Of a stretch of DNA of 60,699 nt, positions 9,810-19,326 are shown in pieces. Below the pieces are notes generated by a model. That model had not been told where the DNA came from, searched no databases, and saw nothing but the letters and a program-made list of their open reading frames with translations. Source of the DNA: Candidatus Thalassarchaeum sp. Its GTDB lineage: Archaea > Thermoplasmatota > Poseidoniia > Poseidoniales > Thalassarchaeaceae. Each line of letters starts with the position of its first letter. Positions within the stretch are counted from its first letter, which is position 1. The translations under genes and the position numbers were made by a program. The DNA lies in contig JBJLJN010000020.1 in assembly GCA_045559735.1 (NCBI GenBank), positions 1-60,699 of the forward strand, written 5' to 3'.

Positions 9810-10814
9810 CTAGAACCATTTTCCTTCGGGCAATTCGATGAGGAGCTCTTTCTCTTGCGAACTCATCACTTTCATCTGGTGATTTTCATTGAAATGTTTG
9901 ATTTCTTTACCACTTGCTTCTCTTTGCTCCACAAACTCTGCATGATCATCCAGCCGAGCTTGCTGCCTTGCTCTCCCCCACCCTACTGAACTTTCTATCG
10001 TAGTTGCAATTGTTTCTTTCAAAGAAGGATCGATCTCAAAACCGATGCTATTTCTTCCTAATACCTTCGCAGCAGCATGAGTACTTCCAGTACCCATGAA
10101 CGGGTCCAACACAGTATCACCCTTTACTGAATACATTGCGATAATTCTGAATGGGAGCTCATATGGATATGCGGCACTCCTCTCCCTGTTTACCGCATCT
10201 CCTAGATCTTGCCGGGCGCCTTTGAGGTCATTCCAAACATCTGAGAACCATTCATTCCTCTCTTCCCAAAAAAACGCTGACTCTCGCCGATTTTGCTTTT
10301 CTTGCTCGGTCTTGAACTCACGTTTTCCCCCTTTCCTATACAGTAGGATATGCTCATGTTCATGTGTCACATAAGCTCCAGCAGGAAGAGTCCCAGATCC
10401 CATGAATTTGTTCGGGGCGTTAGATTGCTTACGCCATATAATGCTTGGGAGAGGAGTGAATCCAAGCTGAATCATCTTCATATCGATTCTAGCTCGATTG
10501 GTGTAAAGGGCGAAATTTCCTCCGATGCTTCTCGTTGCATCGCCAATGTTGATACAAGCGAAACCACCCGCCGACAACACCCGAAAACACTCTTCCCAAA
10601 CCCTATCCAAAATCTCGTGCATCAACTCAAACGCTCCCCAACCATCCTCTGCATCCAGCGCATCGGTGATTGCAGAATTCGATTCCCCGAATCCTTCATC
10701 CCACATCTCAATCATGGGGTAAGGAGGCGAGGTGACCATCAACTGAATCGATCCGTTCTCAAGCGCTGACATGTCACTGGCATCACCGAATGTTGTGGTA
10801 TGCTCCGCGACCAT
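9810..10814 (-). CDS. Site-specific DNA methyltransferase, beta class (N4-C/N6-A)
   Basis: TSPPY (motif IV) precedes VLDPFMGTGST (motif I); also IIWRK and GRNSIGFEI. Start at ATG 10814. Confidence 0.93.
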   Translation of the reverse strand: MVAEHTTTFGDASDMSALENGSIQLMVTSPPYPMIEMWDEGFGESNSAITDALDAEDGWGAFELMHEILDRVWEECFRVLSAGGFACINIGDATRSIGGNFALYTNRARIDMKMIQLGFTPLPSIIWRKQSNAPNKFMGSGTLPAGAYVTHEHEHILLYRKGGKREFKTEQEKQNRRESAFFWEERNEWFSDVWNDLKGARQDLGDAVNRERSAAYPYELPFRIIAMYSVKGDTVLDPFMGTGSTHAAAKVLGRNSIGFEIDPSLKETIATTIESSVGWGRARQQARLDDHAEFVEQREASGKEIKHFNENHQMKVMSSQEKELLIELPEGKWF

Positions 10815-10962
10815 GAACAAGACTCTCAGCGGCGCCCTATTAAGACAGCGAAAGGGATCAAGACGGCCAATAACTATCCGAATCATCCTTCTGATGTAAT
10901 CCCCCCGAACCAAGCTCAGAGGACATCGAATACTTCTTCTAATCCTACCTTTAGGAATTGGT

Positions 10963-11193
10963 ATGGATTTGTCAACTATTGAGATGGCTCGTATAGTCGT
11001 CGGTGGGGTAATATTAGCCTATGTTGGATACTGCTTAGCCAACCAGAAAGTGTGGGTTAGAGGAGATATTGGTTTGAAGAGTAGCGTTTTTGCATGGGGG
11101 TCAAAAGAGGAAAACGAATCTGTATTCAAATTACATGTAATAGCAGGGACAGCGTTTGGTCTTTGGCTGATTTTAGGACCCTTCTTATTCTGA
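10963..11193 (+). CDS. Small two-TM hypothetical protein
   Basis: 76 aa with two hydrophobic segments, in AT-rich sequence. Confidence 0.6.
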   Translation: MDLSTIEMARIVVGGVILAYVGYCLANQKVWVRGDIGLKSSVFAWGSKEENESVFKLHVIAGTAFGLWLILGPFLF

Positions 11194-11213
11194 AATTCAC
11201 TCAACCTTCCAAT

Positions 11214-12698
11214 TCACGATTCATCTTCGATTTCGAATTCTGCAAGGTCGCCTACTGACTCGAACAGACTTGGCCCACTTCCTAGGAAGTAGACCGATCC
11301 GAGCCTGCTGCGCGAGTCCTCGGGTGTCGAGTTGTTACTACTTGCGCATGAGTCTGTGCAACCATCTGCGAAGGCAACGTACACTCTCCCTTCCCTGTCT
11401 ATATGTAGGTCGTTGAAATCGAGTAGGTTACGGTTTGATCCCCCGATGTCTCTGCAATCTCCGCTGTTCAGACAGATGCTGCCCACCTGCACTGGGTCAG
11501 GAGAGACCCTGACTGTGTGGAATATGGGCTCAGGGTCCAATGCGTTGAGGCTGTAGGTGATGTACAGGTAGTAGCTGACATTGGCGGGAGCATAGTGCGC
11601 ATTACCGTCCCAAGGCTCCCCATCTATGTCAGATGTGTTCAGGGCGCTAGCATTCTCGCTACCAAGGTAGGTAATAGCAATCCTTCCAGGGTCGCCAGCA
11701 TCAATCTGAGGGAATACTGTAGAGATGACTTGGCTCGGACTGAGTCGAATACTGGTCTGTTCCCATGTCTCTCCCGAATCGGTGCTTCTGGATAGATAGA
11801 CTCCTTCGTCCGCCCCCGTCCAGATGTGATATGCATTTGATTCAGTGTCTGTAGCAACCTCCGAATTCTTTCGAGGATTTGGTGTCCCCACATCCCCCCC
11901 CATGGATCGGTCAAACCAAGTCAGACCGTTGTCATGTGAAACGATGACAGTCGGGGTTGCAACTCGAGGCGTGACGTAAACAGTACCATCAGGTGCAGAA
12001 GTGATGGCCCCATGGAGCCCACCATTGGTTGTTGCCAATCCGAAGATTAGTCCACCAGTGTCGAAGGTCGCACCACCATCAAAACTGGTGAAGCAGAAAA
12101 TCCCAACGAGTTTGTTGTAGCAATAATACACGGCGGTCTCATAGTAAGCCTGAGTAAACTGTCCACCAATTCCATACCCACTACTTGTCCAAGGCCCGGT
12201 TGCCAGTTTGATGTGGTCATTAATCGGGGTCGTACCGGAATCGTGCGGATTGCCCACCCATGTTGCTCCATCATCATCACTATAGCATATCCAAGACGTC
12301 TCCAAGCCCTGCATCTGCACATTGAATATTCGATCCGTCACAGGGTCTACCCAGCCCCACGGATCATTGGTCTGGAATGCACACATCCACCCTGTAACAT
12401 CCTCCCATGATTGTCCATAATCGCAAGAACGCATGACCTTCTCAAAGGCAATGAAGAATATGCATCCACTTGAGGTGACTCCAATGCTCGGCTCGGCACC
12501 TTCCTCACCGACATTGCTGAACACGAAGCTGAGATTGAGTGGCTCAACATCAACAGGAAGACCGTCACCTCCGGTGACGAACCAACCCTCCGGCAGACCT
12601 TCTTCTTCGGGCTCGGGAGGAGGGGGATCATCACCGAAGCACCCAGTGAGAGTTGCCGAGAGCATCAGCAAGACCACCAACGGAGAGGCTGCGCGCAC
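11214..12698 (-). CDS. Lipoprotein with BNR/Asp-box repeats (sialidase-like beta-propeller)
   Basis: Lipobox LTGC and Asp-boxes SCDYGQSW, SDDDGATW, SFDGGATF, SHDNGLTW and STDSGETW. Confidence 0.85.
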   Translation of the reverse strand: MRAASPLVVLLMLSATLTGCFGDDPPPPEPEEEGLPEGWFVTGGDGLPVDVEPLNLSFVFSNVGEEGAEPSIGVTSSGCIFFIAFEKVMRSCDYGQSWEDVTGWMCAFQTNDPWGWVDPVTDRIFNVQMQGLETSWICYSDDDGATWVGNPHDSGTTPINDHIKLATGPWTSSGYGIGGQFTQAYYETAVYYCYNKLVGIFCFTSFDGGATFDTGGLIFGLATTNGGLHGAITSAPDGTVYVTPRVATPTVIVSHDNGLTWFDRSMGGDVGTPNPRKNSEVATDTESNAYHIWTGADEGVYLSRSTDSGETWEQTSIRLSPSQVISTVFPQIDAGDPGRIAITYLGSENASALNTSDIDGEPWDGNAHYAPANVSYYLYITYSLNALDPEPIFHTVRVSPDPVQVGSICLNSGDCRDIGGSNRNLLDFNDLHIDREGRVYVAFADGCTDSCASSNNSTPEDSRSRLGSVYFLGSGPSLFESVGDLAEFEIEDES

Positions 12699-12746
12699 GC
12701 TACGACGGGACTGTCTTCAAGCAATTACCTTTGGCATCTTTAGAGG

Positions 12747-13652
12747 CTAAGCAGCAGCCTCTACACGAGCGACTTCCTTCGACATCACCAATGCATCATG
12801 ACCCGAGTTTGAGACCTTCCAATTTGGCCTTCTGGCTTCCGAGGCGGCCTCAATCATCCCGCCATTCCTCAACTCGGAGAGATGATGGCTGAGCAATTGC
12901 CTCGAAATTTGCAACTTCTTACTGATATCCGGACCCGACATACCGAGATTGCCAGAATCGGCCAGAACCTCGAGGATTGCCAGACGGGTGCCCGAAATCG
13001 GACTCTTGATTCTGCTAACTTCCTCCTTGGTGAGGCTGGAAATCGCATAGCGACGTAGCTTTCCATCTCTCCAAGAAATCACTTGACCGGTCGACTCAAG
13101 GAAGTGCAGGTGGTAAGCCGTAACTCCATTGGCTAGGCCAAGCGCATCCCTCAATGCCGAGAAGTGGATTCCTGGATTCGCTTCGAGATAACCGAGCAGC
13201 CTGCCTCGGGTCAGCATATCCTCGCGATTACTCTTCATCCTCGCGAGCATTGGCGAGACGAGAGCGACCAGCACGGTGACCTTGACAAATTCAAGAAATA
13301 CAGAGCCGATTAGAAGCGACCCGAGTGCTCCGATTCCTCCAGCAATCAGTTGACCGGGAAGGACTGGTTTATCCTCTTCCTCTCCACCACCTCTCTTCAC
13401 TACTGGCTGACTATCATCATCACCCTCCTCTTCTTCAGTTGGAGCAGCTTCGGCGGCCATATCCCCAGACATCTCGTCTGTCTCGATGAAATCGTCTTCC
13501 TGGCTAAGCGGTTGGGCATTCATCATCCAGCCTCCGGCGAGCATCGCTGCGACTGCCAGCGCAGCCACGATACGCACCGTACGGACTCCTTCCATCACTA
13601 TGCGCAGAGCAGCTCTGCCTATGACTGGCGTGGTGAAATGGTTTGACATCAC
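12747..13652 (-). CDS. Membrane-anchored winged-helix transcriptional regulator
   Basis: Signal/TM, acidic linker, TM, then two wHTH units (RGRLLGYLEANPGIHFSALR...YHLHFLE and ISRQLLSHHLSEL). Start uncertain. Confidence 0.8.
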   Translation of the reverse strand: MMSNHFTTPVIGRAALRIVMEGVRTVRIVAALAVAAMLAGGWMMNAQPLSQEDDFIETDEMSGDMAAEAAPTEEEEGDDDSQPVVKRGGGEEEDKPVLPGQLIAGGIGALGSLLIGSVFLEFVKVTVLVALVSPMLARMKSNREDMLTRGRLLGYLEANPGIHFSALRDALGLANGVTAYHLHFLESTGQVISWRDGKLRRYAISSLTKEEVSRIKSPISGTRLAILEVLADSGNLGMSGPDISKKLQISRQLLSHHLSELRNGGMIEAASEARRPNWKVSNSGHDALVMSKEVARVEAAA

Positions 13653-13696
13653 GTAGTGGTCTTGAATAACGGAACTCTCTTCAGGGGCTGAGTGAG

Positions 13697-14728
13697 ATGT
13701 CCGAGGAGCATGACGAAGCAGAGGCGGGCGAGCAGGACTTCGAGGAGGACATGCTCACCTCTGCTCGCTCTGTGATACGTACATGCATGCAGGTCAGACC
13801 GCATGAAAATGTCCTTGTTGTGACCGATCCGACGACCTCAGAGGTGGGGAGGGCTCTGTATGAGGCTGCCTCCGAGGTGACAGACCGGATTCTGATGATG
13901 ATGATGCCTCGGAGCCACAGGCAGGGTAACGAGCCCCCCGCCTCGGTGAGCGATCTTATGCGACGCCAGAACGTGGTATTGCTAGCCACTAGGAACTCAC
14001 TAACTCACACTCGTGCAAGACTCACTGCCTCCCGCGAAGGGGCTAGGATTGCTTCGATGCCCGGCATCTCGCAGGAGATGATGGCGATGGGCGGCATGAC
14101 TGCTGATTACAATGCTCTGCAGAAGGAGATATCTGGATTGAATCCACTTCTCAGGCGCCGCCGGGATGTCAGGGTGACCAGCGAGGCGGGAACCGACATC
14201 AGATTCAGAACCGGGGCTCGGTGGGTGCTCGAGGACAATGGTATATGCAATCGTCCGGGTCAAGTGACCAATCTACCTGCAGGCAAGGTGTTCGTCTTGC
14301 CAAAGGAGCAGACGATGAGCGGCAAGATTGTAATCGATGGTTCTTGGGAGGGGAAGCTACTGGAAGACCCGATTACCTTCCTAGTCGAAGACGGGGTAGC
14401 CGTGAGCATATCGGGGGGAGAGGCCGCAGAAAACATCCAATCAGTACTTGACGAGGCGAGAGTGGGGTTGAGGCCAAGCAGGGCCAATCTGATTAACACG
14501 GTGGCCGAATTCGGATTCGGGATGAATCCCCGTGCCAAACTCTCGGGCAAGCGTCTCGAGGACCAAGTGGTGCGCGGAGCAGCATACTTCGGCCTCGGTG
14601 ACAACTCTGCATTAGGTGGTTCTGCCAGTGTTGGCATTCACATGCGAGGAGTGATGCTGAATCCCACAGTTGAACTCAACGACGTCGACCTTGTTGTCGA
14701 CGGCAGAGTCACCGCGAGGAAGAGGTGA
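13697..14728 (+). CDS. Aminopeptidase T (M29)-like protein, metal ligands degenerate
   Basis: Fold motifs ENVLVVTD, SLTHTRAR, GARIASMPG, GTDI, NLPAG and AEFGFGMNP. Confidence 0.8.
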   Translation: MSEEHDEAEAGEQDFEEDMLTSARSVIRTCMQVRPHENVLVVTDPTTSEVGRALYEAASEVTDRILMMMMPRSHRQGNEPPASVSDLMRRQNVVLLATRNSLTHTRARLTASREGARIASMPGISQEMMAMGGMTADYNALQKEISGLNPLLRRRRDVRVTSEAGTDIRFRTGARWVLEDNGICNRPGQVTNLPAGKVFVLPKEQTMSGKIVIDGSWEGKLLEDPITFLVEDGVAVSISGGEAAENIQSVLDEARVGLRPSRANLINTVAEFGFGMNPRAKLSGKRLEDQVVRGAAYFGLGDNSALGGSASVGIHMRGVMLNPTVELNDVDLVVDGRVTARKR

Positions 14729-14732
14729 GGCA

Positions 14733-15338
14733 GTGCGCGCCGTACTATGGTGCAATGGAGACATACCGTCCGATAGAATTCTATCCGGACTTGTCGGGGA
14801 AGCGACCTTGTTCGGCGTTGATGGAGGAGCCGTCAAGGCCGCTGAATCAGGTTTTGAGGTCACTGAGGTGATAGGAGACCTCGATTCAATCTCAAAGGAT
14901 TGGGATGGCGAGATGACTGAGCTTGCAGACCAGTCGAGTAGTGATCTCGCTAAGTCTCTGACTTTGCTCACTCATAGGGGATACGAGGAGATTGATGTGG
15001 TCGGCTGTGAAGGTGGCTCCAGCAGCCACTATCTGGGGAACTGGGCCGCGCTCTGCGAAGCTCCCGCTGGACCGACTATCAGACTACATCACGAGGACTC
15101 GGTTACACACCGAATTCATTCAGAGGACGGCATGACGGAACTTCACGTAGGAGATGGTAACAAGTTCTCTGTGTTCGCGCTCACCGCGTGCAACAGCATC
15201 CGGATTGAAGGGGCGCAGTGGGAACTACACGAATCCCCCCTCTCATTTTCAACCGTAGGTCTGCACAACATCTCACAATCTGATAGCGTGAGTATCGGAG
15301 CAGATGGAATTCTCGCTGTGATAGTGGACAGGATGTAA
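14733..15338 (+). CDS. thiN: Thiamine pyrophosphokinase
   Basis: Motifs GVDGGA, IGDLDS, DQSSSDLAK and GLHN. A GAGGTGA SD precedes the GTG at 14733. Confidence 0.8.
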   Translation: MRAVLWCNGDIPSDRILSGLVGEATLFGVDGGAVKAAESGFEVTEVIGDLDSISKDWDGEMTELADQSSSDLAKSLTLLTHRGYEEIDVVGCEGGSSSHYLGNWAALCEAPAGPTIRLHHEDSVTHRIHSEDGMTELHVGDGNKFSVFALTACNSIRIEGAQWELHESPLSFSTVGLHNISQSDSVSIGADGILAVIVDRM

Positions 15339-16409
15339 TCAACTTTCGGCGTCGCCCGGACTTGGATCCCGAGATAACATCATGGCAATCGGCCGAGTCC
15401 TGGGATCGGATTCGAGTGCAATCTTCATAATCACTGCAAGAGGTACACCCAGAACCATTCCCATAATGCCCCATGCCCAGCCCCAGAAGGCCACCAATAG
15501 GAGCAGTACGATTGGAGACATGTCAAGGCGCTGTCCGGCTAATTGAGGCTCAACTATGGCGCCCCACGCCTGCTGGTTCAGCACCAGAATCAGTATCAGA
15601 CCAATCGCCCAACCACCTTCGAGCACGATTAATCCGAGGAAGATTGGCGGAATCAGCGAAATTAACGCTCCGACATATGGGATGAAGTCCATCATGAAGG
15701 TGATAGAAGCCCACATGAACCAACCAGGGATGCCAAGCCACCAAAGTACGAAACCAGCGACTACAGCCTGCCCAAAGGCCACCGTAGCACGAGTCACGAC
15801 GTAGGTATTGATGCCCTCTCCCGATGAGCTGGCAACTGCCTCGATTCTCTCCGCATCTTCAGGGTAAGCGGCTTTCAGCCGGCGAGGCAGAGTTTCAGCC
15901 TCAAGGATGATGAACAGCAGGAAGATTAGGACGGTCACAGCACTCGCAGTGAAACTGGCTAGCGAGCCGACGAAGCCCGTCAGGTAGTCATTGATAGTAT
16001 CCAGACTGATTAACGCAGTCACTCCGCTGACATCGAATGAGTACCCCCTGACTTCGAACTCCTCGAGCCAGGACACCTTGTCATTGAGCTTCTCAGTCAG
16101 GCTTGGTATCTCCTCTGTGAATGCGGTCAGATTGGAGTACAGGAGCTGTGATGCAACCCACAGTACAGCGAAAAGAGCCACAACTAGGACACCATACGGC
16201 ATCAGTGGGTGAGCATACTTCTGCATTATCGGACGATCTTCAAGCCACTGTGCAGCAGGGCGAATCAGAAGAAATAGCAGAATGGCGAGGACAAGCGGCT
16301 GAATCACTACCTCCAACTGTCTGATTGCAAGCACCGCCACTAGTAGTATGATACTCACATTAGCTACCGTTCCCGAATCCAAATCCTTCAGGTTCTGTCT
16401 CTCGCCCAT
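15339..16409 (-). CDS. AI-2E family transporter
   Basis: Multi-TM protein with FIPYVGA, IVEPQLAG and WGIMGMVLGVPL. Confidence 0.9.
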   Translation of the reverse strand: MGERQNLKDLDSGTVANVSIILLVAVLAIRQLEVVIQPLVLAILLFLLIRPAAQWLEDRPIMQKYAHPLMPYGVLVVALFAVLWVASQLLYSNLTAFTEEIPSLTEKLNDKVSWLEEFEVRGYSFDVSGVTALISLDTINDYLTGFVGSLASFTASAVTVLIFLLFIILEAETLPRRLKAAYPEDAERIEAVASSSGEGINTYVVTRATVAFGQAVVAGFVLWWLGIPGWFMWASITFMMDFIPYVGALISLIPPIFLGLIVLEGGWAIGLILILVLNQQAWGAIVEPQLAGQRLDMSPIVLLLLVAFWGWAWGIMGMVLGVPLAVIMKIALESDPRTRPIAMMLSRDPSPGDAES

Positions 16410-16462
16410 GGCACTCCCCCGGGCACGGTAGCGCGACCAACGAATGAATAATTCCCCAGCGG

Positions 16463-17704
16463 CTAATCCTGTCTGACCCTTCTGTAAATGGTCTCAAATC
16501 TCTCGGAATTTCCTTTGAAGGTGAAACCCTCCAGCACCCGATGCCTCCCAGCTTCACCCTTGCTTCGCAGGGCCTCGGGGTCGTCCAGCTCGGCCAGAAT
16601 CGCTTCGGCCAAGGAGGACTCATCACCCATCTTGAACAGCCGACCAACGCTATCATCCACCATTTCGGGCAGAGGCCCGTGCTCTACAGTGACAACCGGA
16701 GTGCCTGAAGCCATGGCTTCGAGAGGTATCAGTCCCTGCCCCTCGTAGTATGATGGATAGACCACCAAGTCGGCAGAGCGGAACAACTCGGCCAACTCCT
16801 CAAACTGCATTCCGGGTTCGAAGTACACTGAATCACCGACCCCGAGAGATCTGGCCAGTCTGCTCAGTCTGGAGCGCAGATGGCCCCTGCCGACAATCAC
16901 CAAGCGGGTTGAGGGAGACGAGGCGCAGACGGAGGCATAGGCTCTGAGCAGCGATGCGTACCCCTTCCTTGCTGCCAACCGACCCACAGCCAGAAGGAGC
17001 CTCGATTCGGGCGAGGCCGCATCGTATCTCGTTCGGATTGACTGGTGAGATGCCATAGCATCCTCATCATCTCCATGCAATGGCACGAAAATGCTGGTAT
17101 CCACCCCCCAATGAACTACCTCACAATTCCAGTCTTCGGGAGGAGAATAGCGCTCCATGAAGTCCCGCTTCGTAGCCTGAGAGTTAGCGACGCAGATACT
17201 CGATTCCCTGACTGCGGCGCGCTCGTATCCAGCGTAGTGCTTAGCAGTCATCAGAATTGCAAGATCGTTGGGATTCGCCCAGACAGCAGCCTCCTTGTTC
17301 CGGGAAGCCTCGATTAGGCCATCCCGCTCGCCCAGCCAAGACCCGTGCAGGGATGAGACGACGGGGGCGATCGACTCACGGCAGTCGCGGAACTGCTTGG
17401 CCGACCAGGAGATCATCGGGCAGTGTAGGTGTACGATATCTACCGGGACGCGAGCATGCAATCGTTTGAGAGCCCTGAGAGCACTGCGACCGTAAGAGCG
17501 GGTGAATGCCATGGGAATAGGTGCCCAACCGACACTAACGACTTCCACACCCTCTATACTGGGTGGTCCCCCACCCCCGCCCGAGCGTGTAATCACAGTG
17601 ACTCGGTGTCCTTGGGCGGCCAGCGATGCCGAGAGATGGTACACAGTAGAGCCCATGCCACCCCAGCGGGGCGGATATTCGGCTGACAGCATCGCTATAT
17701 GCAT
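16463..17704 (-). CDS. Glycosyltransferase family 4
   Basis: Motifs EYPPRWGG, VGRLAARKG and PSYYEGQGLIPLEAMASGTPVV. Confidence 0.92.
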   Translation of the reverse strand: MHIAMLSAEYPPRWGGMGSTVYHLSASLAAQGHRVTVITRSGGGGGPPSIEGVEVVSVGWAPIPMAFTRSYGRSALRALKRLHARVPVDIVHLHCPMISWSAKQFRDCRESIAPVVSSLHGSWLGERDGLIEASRNKEAAVWANPNDLAILMTAKHYAGYERAAVRESSICVANSQATKRDFMERYSPPEDWNCEVVHWGVDTSIFVPLHGDDEDAMASHQSIRTRYDAASPESRLLLAVGRLAARKGYASLLRAYASVCASSPSTRLVIVGRGHLRSRLSRLARSLGVGDSVYFEPGMQFEELAELFRSADLVVYPSYYEGQGLIPLEAMASGTPVVTVEHGPLPEMVDDSVGRLFKMGDESSLAEAILAELDDPEALRSKGEAGRHRVLEGFTFKGNSERFETIYRRVRQD

Positions 17705-17809
17705 GTAATCACCGTATTCGCGGCCCAGCGTCCACATTTCAAGAGCACGACCCCGGGGCAGCAATTCGCATTATTCAAAACGAAACCTCCGGTGGGCGTC
17801 TCCGATAGT

Positions 17810-18541
17810 ATGGCTGGAAGCCTGCCTGTGCACGTCACCGTGGTCATCCCTACTCGCAATGAGGAGGCAGCCATCGTAGACACAATTCGCTCTGTTCCCA
17901 ACGATGGCTGGTGTGAGAAGCTTGACTTTCTGATTATTGATGGAAACTCGACGGACCGCACCCGAGAGTTGGCTGAGTCTGAGGGCGCTACAGTCTACCT
18001 AGAGCCCCGCAAGGGCTACGGCAGGGCCTACAAGACCGGCTTCGCGATGGCTCCAGGAGAAGTCATCATCACCATGGATGCTGATTGCACCTATCCGGGT
18101 GAAGAGGTTCCTGACTTGGTCCGCAAGCTGCTGAATGAGGATCTGCAGTGGATTACCTGTGACAGGCTGCGCAGAGCAGAAGAGGGGGCGATGCCCGGGA
18201 TTCATGGCTTCGGTAACTGGGTTCTCTCAACCACCGCCAAGATACTCTACTGGTATGGGATACACGACTCACAGAGTGGCATGTGGGTGTTCCGCAAGTC
18301 AATCTTCAACGATGAGCGTGTTCGCCCTAAGCACGATGGCATGCCACTTTCTCAGGAATTTAAGATACGCGCTCGACGATATATCGGCAAGCACAAGACC
18401 GCTGAGGTCAGTGTGCCTTACCGCCCACGGGTGGGTGAGGCCGAGATTAACACCTGGGGGGACGGACTACTCAACTTGAGATTCCTATTCACTCACAGGT
18501 TCGGCCTGACTCGTCAGATAACCCCTTGGGGCCCCAAGTGA
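17810..18541 (+). CDS. Glycosyltransferase family 2 (Dol-P-mannose synthase-like)
   Basis: Motifs VVIPTRNEE, DGNSTDRT, KGYG, MDADCTYP and DSQSG. Confidence 0.92.
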   Translation: MAGSLPVHVTVVIPTRNEEAAIVDTIRSVPNDGWCEKLDFLIIDGNSTDRTRELAESEGATVYLEPRKGYGRAYKTGFAMAPGEVIITMDADCTYPGEEVPDLVRKLLNEDLQWITCDRLRRAEEGAMPGIHGFGNWVLSTTAKILYWYGIHDSQSGMWVFRKSIFNDERVRPKHDGMPLSQEFKIRARRYIGKHKTAEVSVPYRPRVGEAEINTWGDGLLNLRFLFTHRFGLTRQITPWGPK

Positions 18542-18624
18542 GCAAGTTGGCGGCCCCCCGCCCCGCTTGGGACGAGGGGCTCGCGTAGGTTGCAGCTGGG
18601 CTCAGCCCAGTATGGTTAACGGCT

Positions 18625-19248
18625 CTAGCAGCGCTCGCACTGGCCACCCCAGAGGTGGTCAGCGAGCAGAACTAGATCCAGCACATTGACGGCACGGTCG
18701 CCGTTGATGTCAGCGCCTTGCATCGAGGCAGGTGCATCCCCAAAACCGAGGATATATTGCACCATCACCATGAAGTCACCAATGTCGACGATTCCGTCGT
18801 CGTTGGCGTCTCCACGTAGAGTCCTAAAACTCTCGAAGCAGGACACCACTTCCGCCGCGTCAGACTCGCTTGCCTTGGAGACGCGACTGTCTATGGAGTG
18901 AGGGCCTGAGTCAGACCCATCCTCGCCCCACAGGTAGTCAGCCAGCAGCACTAGATCAGCGACATCCACGGAACGATCTCCGTTGATGTCAGCCTGTGCC
19001 ATCGAGGCAGGCTCCCTGCCGTAGCCGGTGATGTACTGTGCCATCACGATGAAGTCGCCGATATCCACGCTTCCGTCGTCATTAGCGTCACCACGAAGGT
19101 GACGGTCGGGGACGGGGGCAGCCTCGGCTGACTCTCCATCTATGTCGGTCGTTGTTTCAACGCCTCCGATGTCCTCACCGGAGACGAGGCCTGCTGTGCC
19201 AGCCAAAAAGATCAGCGCAGCGATTGTTAGGTCCATTGTTCGGTCCAT
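18625..19248 (-). CDS. Secreted protein with two tandem type I dockerin domains
   Basis: Signal peptide followed by two copies of LRGDANDDGxVDIGDF...ADINGDRxVxVxDLVLLADxLWG. Confidence 0.85.
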   Translation of the reverse strand: MDRTMDLTIAALIFLAGTAGLVSGEDIGGVETTTDIDGESAEAAPVPDRHLRGDANDDGSVDIGDFIVMAQYITGYGREPASMAQADINGDRSVDVADLVLLADYLWGEDGSDSGPHSIDSRVSKASESDAAEVVSCFESFRTLRGDANDDGIVDIGDFMVMVQYILGFGDAPASMQGADINGDRAVNVLDLVLLADHLWGGQCERC

Positions 19249-19326
19249 GAGCAGAGTCCATCGTTGTGCTAAACATAAGTAACTTGGTTCGGTGATTGGA
19301 CAATTGTAACGCCAAACGGGACCAAT

